From assembly GCF_001194135.2 (NCBI RefSeq), contig NC_068999.1, positions 8,884,978 through 8,930,086 of the forward strand: a stretch of DNA of 45,109 nucleotides, in the 5' to 3' direction. The notes under the pieces are model-generated. The model was not told the origin of the DNA, did not search any database, and worked only from the letters and a program-made list of their open reading frames with translations. The translations under genes were made by a program, and so were the position numbers. Each line of letters starts with the position of its first letter. Position 1 is the stretch's first letter. This DNA is from Octopus bimaculoides. Lineage: Eukaryota. Shown here in pieces: positions 35,641-45,109 of the stretch.

Positions 35641-36710
35641 ACACACACATATATATATATAGGAGTCGACTCTATTGTAAGCTTCAGGCCAAACCTGTAA
35701 TTTTGAGGAAACTTCCTATTTCCTTATCAATCTCAGGTGCCTTTTAAACTGTAAATCGATGTTGAACACTGCCTTTTCCTGCCGACAAAATCAAAAGATA
35801 AATCGATTCACTCCTTCCTGCAACGTGCATATTTTCCAAAAATTCCGATGTATTGGCTTCTTTGAATTTCTTTCCAATGGTTGTTGTTTTTACAGTTTAA
35901 ACATCCCCGTGGGGCGTGTTTATATGTTAATTGTTACGATAATCACAATTGATCGACATTTTTTTTTTTTGCAAAGCTCTATACAGCATGTGCATAACAC
36001 TGCCGTATCTGCATTTAACAAGGTGAATACTTGCCTGAGGTATTTCCCCTAGCAATATTGAGAGATTTGCTTTAACTGTATCTATCTGTTAAGAATTGAT
36101 GTAAAAAAAAAAGAAGAATTAATGAAATTAGGAAACAAACGGAGGAATATAGCGGAGGAACGATGGAAGAAATAAGACAGACTGAAAGAAATGAAAATGA
36201 AGAATAACGAAATAAAAAAAAAAGAATGACACAAGAATATAGAAACTCCGACAGACATGAAATATTTCGTTCTTAACGGTGGCGTTCGAAGTAGATAAAG
36301 CTATAGATAATTGCGTGGAAATATGTATCGGGCTAAGTAAGAAAAAAGAAACCCTTTCGATAGGAATATGCGAACGTTGCTCTTTCATACTTACAGATGA
36401 CGTGTGTTAGTCTCACGGGCATCTTTCAGCTTTCTCTATCGAAGCTGTGTTTTACATAATAGATATTTACATGTTATTAGTTAAGTTATAGCTTTATCTG
36501 TTTCGAGTTCCGCCGTTTTAAACGAGTTGGAAGAAAATATAACGAGAAGAAACTAATTAATATTAAACGATTTACGTGGGAAGAATGTAAATTAAGGAAA
36601 GCAGGAAAGGAAATAAGAGAGAAGAAACAATGGTGGGAAAGTATGAAAGTAAAGGAAATACGAGACTGGATGGAGGTTAATGATGTGACGAAAAAGCAAG
36701 AAAATGACAT

Positions 36711-37004
36711 TTTAAGTAAGGAGGGAACTATGGATTATATGACCCCTGTTCCGAAACTGGGATTTATTTTATCGACCTTCTCACCTCTGGAAGGATTAAA
36801 TATTATGTTGACCTCAACTGCGGTTGAACAAAGGGGAAAAAACTGTAACAAAAGAACGTAACCGAAACCGGAAATTTTTAAGTACGGAGGGAACTATTGT
36901 TCCGTGACCGGAATTTATTTTATCGACCTCCTCACCTTTGGAAGGATTAAATATTATGTTGTCTTCAGCTGAAATTGAACAAAGGGGAAAAACACGGAAC
37001 AAAA
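36711..37004 (-). repeat. Tandem duplication of a ~140-bp unit containing a family A core remnant
   Basis: AAGTA(A/C)GGAGGGAACTAT...ATTTATTTTATCGACCT(T/C)CTCACCT(C/T)TGGAAGGATTAAATATTATGTTG...TTGAACAAAGGGGAAAAA at 36711-36853 and 36876-37004. Confidence 0.9.
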
Positions 37005-37412
37005 TTTTGTAACGATTATGCAAAACCACACCTCAGAGAAAATCATTGTAAAGTTGTCACCAGGTCAGAAATGTGTTTGGGAAAAATTAGTCGATTAATA
37101 TCGATTCGGAGAGAATAAATGCAAAATCAAATTTGGTGGGATTTGAACTTAGGGCTCTGAATAACTAATGGCTGAAGTAACGTATTTTTGACTGATGCTC
37201 AAACGACTCTGCTAATCCACCATCCTGAACTTGTGAAATAATGAATGAAAGAAATAATGAAGGAAAAAGAGAAAAGAGGGACTAACGGTAAAGTAGTGAA
37301 AGCGAGAAGAAAGAAAGAAAGAAAGAGAAAGGTAGAAAGAAAGAGAGAAAGGTAGAAAGAAAGAGAAAATCTAGAGAGGGAGGGCGATGAATAATGATGA
37401 AGGCTAGAAAAT

Positions 37413-37454
<42 letters not shown>

Positions 37455-37465
37455 NNNNNNNNNNT

Positions 37466-37501
<36 letters not shown>

Positions 37502-38251
37502 CAAAGAAAGAGAGAGAAAGAAAGATAGTAAGAGAGAGATAGAAATGCAAAGAAAGAGAGAAAGAAAGAAAAAGAAATAGTGAGAGAGAAGATAATGATG
37601 AGAAAGAAATGGTAGAACAAAGAAGAACAAGATGGGTGCTAATGATGAAATAGCACGCTCAAGACTGCAATAGTACGAGAGAGAGAGAGGGGGGAGAGGG
37701 GGAGGGAGAGAGAGGGGGAAGTAAAGTGAGAGGATAGAGAGAGGGGAAGAATGAAGAGTGAGCAAGAATGGAAGGCTAATGATGCAGGGAAGGTGACAAT
37801 TGAGCAGCATGTGACATAAACTTCACAATCTATTATCCGTGAAGGACAGGTCAAGAATCCGTGTTAGATGCTTGCGGTTTCGCTAACACACCTGCTGCTC
37901 ATTATGCATTGTTAACATCGGTTAAGTAAGGATCGTAAAAATAATTGGGACCCGCGGAAACGAGCAGTAGTACCAGCGCCGTCGTAACCATCTTCACCAC
38001 CGTCAACACCGCCATAAACCACCATCATCATCATCACCACCACAACTGTTCACCTCGCCGCCACTGCACCGAGGACAACAGCAGCAAGAACACGATGACA
38101 TCGAAACAGCATCAACACTACCGGTAACAGCGATAGCGACGACCCAGTGTCTCGCTTGTTACTCGTACCGAAAGCAGCTGCTGTTTTCGTTATTACAACG
38201 ACAATAATGATAACAACAACATTATTTATACCAAGCAATGAATTCATAATG

Positions 38252-38282
<31 letters not shown>

Positions 38283-38352
38283 TAATAATTACAATAAAAA
38301 TAATAATAATAAATATTACTATTTTTCGGGCGAAATTATAAATTTAATTTTA

Positions 38353-38449
38353 CGGGCGAAATGCTTACCGGTATTTCGTCCATCTTTACAGTCTGAGTTC
38401 AAATACCGCCGAGGTCAACTTTGCCTTTCATCCTTTCCGGGTCGATTAA
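38353..38449 (+). mobile_element. SINE family A, partial (runs into a gap)
   Basis: CGGGCGAAATGCTTACCGGTATTTCGTCC...GAGTTCAAATACCGCCGAGGTCAACTTTGCCTTTCATCCTTTCCGGGTCGATTAA. Confidence 0.9.
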
Positions 38450-38907
38450 NNNNNNNNNNNNNNNNNNNNNNNNNNNNNNNNNNNNNNNNNNNNNNNNNNN
38501 NNNNNNNNNNNNNNNNNNNNNNNNNNNNNNNNNNNNNNNNNNNNNNNNNNNNNNNNNNNNNNNNNNNNNNNNNNNNNNNNNNNNNNNNNNNNNNNNNNNN
38601 NNNNNNNNNNNNNNNNNNNNNNNNNNNNNNNNNNNNNNNNNNNNNNNNNNNNNNNNNNNNNNNNNNNNNNNNNNNNNNNNNNNNNNNNNNNNNNNNNNNN
38701 NNNNNNNNNNNNNNNNNNNNNNNNNNNNNNNNNNNNNNNNNNNNNNNNNNNNNNNNNNNNNNNNNNNNNNNNNNNNNNNNNNNNNNNNNNNNNNNNNNNN
38801 NNNNNNNNNNNNNNNNNNNNNNNNNNNNNNNNNNNNNNNNNNNNNNNNNNNNNNNNNNNNNNNNNNNNNNNNNNNCATTCGAGTTATTATTATTATCATT
38901 ATTATTA

Positions 38908-38950
<43 letters not shown>

Positions 38951-38951
<1 letters not shown>

Positions 38952-38994
38952 GAGTGAGAGAGCAGTGCATGCCATCAAAGTGACACTGGGGTAA
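38951..38994 (-). mobile_element. Family D extreme 3' end with (AAT)n tail
   Basis: Reverse complement TTACCCCAGTGTCACTTTGATGGCATGCACTGCTCTCTCACTCA followed by (ATA)n at 38877-38950. Confidence 0.85.
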
Positions 38995-39029
38995 TAAAAT
39001 AATTCCATAAAATAGACGTTGTCCGAATA

Positions 39030-39195
39030 TCTGTGAGGTGTGCCACGTGCCACGTGCCAGGTGTCGATGTGATCGGGGATCAACGTGTGACGCAGTGTTT
39101 TACTCAAGAACATAACCCAACGCACAGCCTGTTATAGCAATTGAAACCACAGTCTATCGTTCGTGAGAGCAACGCCCGCACCACTAGGCTACGCG
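39030..39195 (-). mobile_element. Diverged tRNA-derived SINE, CORE-like
   Basis: Minus strand GCGTAGCCTAGTGGTG (A box), GGTTTCAATTGC (B-box remnant), then ATGTTCTTGAGTAAAACACT. Confidence 0.6.
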
Positions 39196-39856
39196 ACGTA
39201 ACACACAAATACACACACACACACACACATATCCACGCACACACACACACGCACACATATATATACATATGCATACACACGCATCCAGGCACATATAGAG
39301 ATATACATACATGCATTTTCACGTACGCATGCGTGTAAATATCCCTACATCAGCTTCCAACAAATAGATAAAGGCTACGGCATTTATTTACTAGTTGTGT
39401 TTAACATTTTCATAACGAAGATAAATCCAACGGGATAATAATTTATGGTTCCTTACAGCTTAGAGGGATTAAGAAACCAGAGATTTTTATTATCTCTATT
39501 CTTGAAAAATTTGAATTCAATATTCGGAGATAATGCTTGCTTCAGTCTGTGAAAGATTGCTCTGAATTCCGATGGTTGAATGTATAAACAGGCTCTTATC
39601 TTCACTGAATGCCATTATACAAGCTGTAGTAAGTCTCTGCGCAGCTATGCAATGCCATTTCTCCTACTGTGAGTACATATAAAGCAGCATAATTACTGCC
39701 ACATTCATTATATATAAGCAACTTGTTTAACATGACGTAAATATTTGATGGTTACTTGACAAACTTTTGGCAGCTTTAAGTTTATCAATCACATTGTCTA
39801 TTCGTTTTGAGCATGTAATGTAAAACACTCACATAAAAAAATAAAAACTATAGTTC

Positions 39857-39976
<120 letters not shown>

Positions 39977-40145
39977 TATGTACGCATACACACACGGTAA
40001 TATAAAAAAACAAGGAGAATGAGTGCTCAACAACGCAATGGTGGATAAAAATTCTTTGTTATTGGGCAAAGTCTACCATTGGTTTCATGTTACGAGAGCG
40101 CCCTTAGCAATTATAAAGTCTGCTACATGGAATATCGATGCTTAC

Positions 40146-40227
40146 CTCCATTTTGTATTCATCTGAGATGGAGACGAGCGCCGTTGGTGTATGTGGCAAA
40201 GTGGATAATTGTTAAGGTGTACCTCTG
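40146..40227 (-). CDS. Candidate internal exon of an unidentified host gene (82 nt, phase 1 to phase 2)
   Basis: Acceptor TAGTTTCTTTTCAG/CAG (NAGNAG) and donor GAG/GTAAGC in unique sequence. One frame is open: (x)EVHLNNYPLCHIHQRRSSPSQMNTKW. I recognise no homology. Confidence 0.35.
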
Positions 40228-40367
40228 CTGAAAAGAAACTAATGGTAGACTTTACCCATGAAGTATCTCTCTCTCTCTTTACCTCTCCCTCTCCCCCTCT
40301 CTCTATATGTGTGTGTGTGTGAATGTGTGTGTGTGTGTGCATGTATGCATGTATGCATGTAATTACT

Positions 40368-40612
40368 TAATTTATTTCAAGATTTCTTGCGACAAGAGAA
40401 AGAATCGGTTTCTAACCTAGATCCAAGGCTCCGTCATTGGAATTTCAACATCAACAACAGGGTATTGTGCATGTATGCATGCATGTATGTATGTATGTAT
40501 GTATGTATGTATGAATGTCATTGTTCAGTTTTATTTCAAGATTTCTGACAATAAAGAGCCGGTTTCTAACCTAGAGTTCCTTCATACGAATTTTAGCATC
40601 AACCTGTTAATT
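40368..40612 (+). mobile_element. Two copies of a dispersed-repeat fragment (family E) separated by (ATGT)n
   Basis: TTATTTCAAGATTTCT...GGTTTCTAACCTAGA...GAATTT(C/T)A(A/G)CATCAAC at about 40368-40465 and 40521-40612. Confidence 0.7.
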
Positions 40613-41494
40613 TTATTTCTATTTTTATATGTATGTACGCATGTATGCATGTATGTATGTATCTATGTATGTATGGATATGTGTAGATATGTATGTTTTG
40701 CTTTATGCATATATTTTCATGAATATAGTTGCATATCTANNNNNNNNNNNNNNNNNNNNNNNNNNNNNNNNNNNNNNNNNNNNNNNNNNNNNNNNNNNNN
40801 NNNNNNNNNNNNNNNNNNNNNNNNNNNNNNNNNNNNNNNNNNNNNNNNNNNNNNNNNNNNNNNNNNNNNNNNNNNNNNNNNNNNNNNNNNNNNNNNNNNN
40901 NNNNNNNNNNNNNNNNNNNNNNNNNNNNNNNNNNNNNNNNNNNNNNNNNNNNNNNNNNNNNNNNNNNNNNNNNNNNNNNNNNNNNNNNNNNNNNNNNNNN
41001 NNNNNNNNNNNNNNNNNNNNNNNNNNNNNNNNNNNNNNNNNNNNNNNNNNNNNNNNNNNNNNNNNNNNNNNNNNNNNNNNNNNNNNNNNNNNNNNNNNNN
41101 NNNNNNNNNNNNNNNNNNNNNNNNNNNNNNNNNNNNNNNNNNNNNNNNNNNNNNNNNNNNNNNNNNNNNNNNNNNNNNNNNNNNNNNNNNNNNNNNNNNN
41201 NNNNNNNNNNNNNNNNNNNNNNNNNNNNNNNNNNNNNNNNNNNNNNNNNNNNNNNNNNNNNNNNNNNNNNNNNNNNNNNNNNNNNNNNNNNNNNNNNNNN
41301 NNNNNNNNNNNNNNNNNNNNNNNNNNNNNNNNNNNNNNNNNNNNNNNNNNNNNNNNNNNNNNNNNNNNNNNNNNNNNNNNNNNNNNNNNNNNNNNNNNNN
41401 NNNNNNNNNNNNNNNNNNNNNNNNNNNNNNNNNNNNNNNNNNNNNNNNNNNNNNNNNNNNNNNNNNNNNNNNNNNNNNNNNNNNNNNNNNNNNN

Positions 41495-41551
<57 letters not shown>

Positions 41552-41690
41552 CTACTAAATATATTCACAAGGCTTTTAGTCAGCCTGGTGATATAGTAAA
41601 AAAATCTTGCCGATGGTTCCGCGCAGTGAGGCCGAACCTACAACCGTGTGTTTGCGAGGCAAACTTCTTACCGAACAGCGCGACGCATGC
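41552..41690 (-). mobile_element. SINE family B, old diverged 5' half
   Basis: TCACAAGGCTTTTAGTCAGCC...GGTTCCGCGCAGTGAGGCCGAACC...GCAAACTTCTTACC aligns loosely with the family B head. Confidence 0.7.
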
Positions 41691-42185
41691 GTCACTGAAT
41701 CACTGTCCAGACATGGCCGTAATACACGCAAAATAACGATTACACGGTACCGTGTACATTATATACCTGCATATACTCACCACTTATAAACAAACATGCT
41801 AAACAAGGAATCTAATTTCGAATGATGTCATGAAATGGTAAAAGAAAATAAGTCTTTTTCTCATCAAATGGTAATCCTAGGAGATGATTCTATTATTAAA
41901 TATAATATGCTACATACACCGCTATGCTAAACTTATATGGCAACATTTTTCTGTCGATAATACAAATTGGAAATAATATCATTAGCTGAAGCGGCACTAA
42001 TGCTATAATCATTTGTAACAACAATTTCTTGTTTTCTAAGTTCATATATTTAAGAAATCTTCTGTTTTCTTACATTTATATTCGACTATTATGATGCTAT
42101 GCTTGTAGTTCAGACAGATGATGATGATGATGATGATAATAATAATGAGGATAACAATTACAACAATAAGAATGATAATAATAAC

Positions 42186-42230
<45 letters not shown>

Positions 42231-42231
<1 letters not shown>

Positions 42232-42539
42232 GCATTGATGCAGTACCAGGAAGTGGCTCTCGTGGCTTCTGATCTTAACTAATTGGAAGTGCTATCATGT
42301 ACATTGTTTTGCCTTGGTATAAAAAATGGGCTGCAGCAAATATTCTGCTCAATACCACACAGATGTGCTTGTCAGTTTGTTTGAACTTAACCAGTTGAGC
42401 ATATCCCTTGGACGCTGACGATATGTGCATCTCTGATCATGAGCAGAAGTAGTGGGGGAGCATCATAGCCATGTGTTGAAAGGATTTCTTTGGGGTTTGA
42501 ATAATTCACCTTTGGAAACAAACCTTATTCAGGGACCTG
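42231..42539 (+). mobile_element. Family D, 5' portion, starting directly after an (AAT)n array
   Basis: TGCATTGATGCAGTACCAGGAAGTGGCTCTCGTGGCTTCTGATC... aligns with the 29475 copy and breaks off at CCTTATTCAGGGACC. Confidence 0.85.
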
Positions 42540-42620
42540 AACAACAAAAACAATTGTTGTTGTTGTTGTGTGTATATATAAATATATATATATGCACACA
42601 CACACACACACACACATACA

Positions 42621-43036
42621 TATTCTTTTACTCTCTTTTACTCTTTTACTTGTTTCAGTCATTTGACTGCGGCCATGCTGGAGCACCGCCTTTAGTCGAG
42701 AAAATCGACCCCAGTATTTATTCTTTGTAAGCCTAGTAGTTATTCTATCGCTCTCTTTTTGCCGAACCGCTAAGTTACGGGGACATAAACACACCAGCAT
42801 CGGTTGTCAAGCGATAGTGGAGGGACCAACACAGACACACAAACACACATACATAGATATATATACATATATACGACGGGCTTCTTTCAGTTTCCGTCTA
42901 CCAAATCCACTCACAAAGCTTTGGTCGGCCCGAGGTTATAGCAGAATACGCTTGCCCAAGGTACCATGCAGTGGGACTGAACCCGGAGCTATGTGGTTGG
43001 TAAGCAAGCTACTTACTACACTGCCACTCCTGCGCC
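42621..43036 (-). mobile_element. SINE family B, full length
   Basis: Collinear with the 5081 and 20099 copies; tandem TAAAAGAG tail. Confidence 0.95.
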
Positions 43037-43107
43037 TATATTTGTAAATATATATGAAAATATATATGTGTGTGTGTGTGCATGCTTATGTATGTGTAAG
43101 GGTGTGA

Positions 43108-43160
43108 AGACATGTGGCTTAATGGTTACAGGATTCGGCTACCAATTGCGAGGTCGTGAA
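43108..43160 (+). mobile_element. tRNA-like SINE head fragment
   Basis: GTGGCTTAATGGTTACAGGATTCGGCTACCAATTGCGAGGTCGTG resembles the head at 3938. Confidence 0.45.
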
Positions 43161-43196
43161 ATATATATGTCTGTAAAAATATACATATATTTATAC

Positions 43197-43273
<77 letters not shown>

Positions 43274-44279
43274 NNNNNNNNNNNNNNNNNNNNNNNNNNN
43301 NNNNNNNNNNNNNNNNNNNNNNNNNNNNNNNNNNNNNNNNNNNNNNNNNNNNNNNNNNNNNNNNNNNNNNNNNNNNNNNNNNNNNNNNNNNNNNNNNNNN
43401 NNNNNNNNNNNNNNNNNNNNNNNNNNNNNNNNNNNNNNNNNNNNNNNNNNNNNNNNNNNNNNNNNNNNNNNNNNNNNNNNNNNNNNNNNNNNNNNNNNNN
43501 NNNNNNNNNNNNNNNNNNNNNNNNNNNNNNNNNNNNNNNNNNNNNNNNNNNNNNNNNNNNNNNNNNNNNNNNNNNNNNNNNNNNNNNNNNNNNNNNNNNN
43601 NNNNNNNNNNNNNNNNNNNNNNNNNNNNNNNNNNNNNNNNNNNNNNNNNNNNNNNNNNNNNNNNNNNNNNNNNNNNNNNNNNNNNNNNNNNNNNNNNNNN
43701 NNNNNNNNNNNNNNNNNNNNNNNNNNNNNNNNNNNNNNNNNNNNNNNNNNNNNNNNNNNNNNNNNNNNNNNNNNNNNNNNNNNNNNNNNNNNNNNNNNNN
43801 NNNNNNNNNNNNNNNNNNNNNNNNNNNNNNNNNNNNNNNNNNNNNNNNNNNNNNNNNNNNNNNNNNNNNNNNNNNNNNNNNNNNNNNNNNNNNNNNNNNN
43901 NNNNNNNNNNNNNNNNNNNNNNNNNNNNNNNNNNNNNNNNNNNNNNNNNNNNNNNNNNNNNNNNNNNNNNNNNNNNNNNNNNNNNNNNNNNNNNNNNNNN
44001 NNNNNNNNNNNNNNNNNNNNNNNNNNNNNNNNNNNNNNNNNNNNNNNNNNNNNNNNNNNNNNNNNNNNNNNNNNNNNNNNNNNNNNNNNNNNNNNNNNNN
44101 NNNNNNNNNNNNNNNNNNNNNNNNNNNNNNNNNNNNNNNNNNNNNNNNNNNNNNNNNNNNNNNNNNNNNNNNNNNNNNNNNNNNNNNNNNNNNNNNNNNN
44201 NNNNNNNNNNNNNNNNNNNNNNNNNNNNNNNNNNNNNNNNNATATATATATATCTTCATTTCCTTAGCATCAATGACAG

Positions 44280-44347
44280 TAGTAGCAGCAGCAGCAGCAG
44301 CAGCAATAGTAGCGGTAGCAGCAGTAGTAGTAGCAGTAGTAGTAGTT

Positions 44348-44392
<45 letters not shown>

Positions 44393-45109
44393 TTGGTAGT
44401 CATTTTGTTAATGTTATTTCCTAGTTGTACTTTGTTGCGGTCGTCGTTGCTGCTGAAACTGCTGCCGGTGCTGGCTGATACTCGTGCTGCTGCTTCTGCT
44501 GAAGGTGTTGCGTTTTTAAATACTTTTTTCTTTTTTTTTACATTCCTCGTCTGTGCAATACATAATTAAAACATTTGTCACGCACTTTTAATCAAGCGTA
44601 TTACTACAACCGAACAACAACAACAACAACAACAACAACAATAACAATAACAACAAGACCAAGGGGTGCCACAACAATAGCATCATCAGGAAGAATAGTA
44701 ATTATAACAACAACAACAATAACAACAAAATCAATAGTAACGATATTAAAAAGGAAGTAGAACTAGTTAGTTCTTTTCTTGAAGTTGTCCTTTTCTCACA
44801 TTGAATAAACTTGGTGTGTGTGTGTGTGTGCATATATATAATATATATATACATACATATACACACATACATGTATATATATACATATATGCATATACAT
44901 ATATATATATATGTGTATATATATTCGTATATGTATATACACACATACATATATATGTATATATATATATATATATATACAAATACAAACAGTGAGAGAC
45001 ACACATATGTGTGTGTGTAAGCATATATAATATATATATGCATGTATATCTGTGTATATTTACATATGTACGCATATGCTTACCTACACACATATATACA
45101 TATATATAT
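44280..45109. repeat. (AGC/AGT)n, (ACA)n and degenerate (TA/CA/TG)n arrays
   Basis: Direct reading. Confidence 0.9.

Noticed and set aside
39580-39700. Plus-strand frame MVECINRLLSSLNAIIQAVVSLCAAMQCHFSY with two donor-like sites
   Set aside because: Short, no recognisable homology, and ambiguous splice signals.

Overview
This is an AT-rich, repeat-dense animal genomic window with about 21 N-gaps (roughly a fifth of its length) and very many di-, tri- and tetranucleotide microsatellites. The repeat families resemble those I recall from octopod cephalopod assemblies; that is recognition, not a database search. No complete protein-coding gene is visible, and nearly all ORFs in the supplied track are translations of microsatellites or gaps. 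The window holds at least five dispersed tRNA-headed SINE families (about 30 copies or fragments), an unclassified ~550 bp non-coding element with an (AAT)n tail, fragments of R4/Dong-type, L1/Tx1-type and Tc1/mariner elements, and Penelope-like terminal-repeat fragments. Two of those fragments carry minimal type I hammerhead ribozyme motifs (35522-35563 on +, and a variant core at 32022-32057 on -). One plausible host exon lies at 40146-40227 (-). The most interesting signals are the hammerheads, the use of (TAA)n arrays as landing sites by two different elements, and module sharing among the SINE families.
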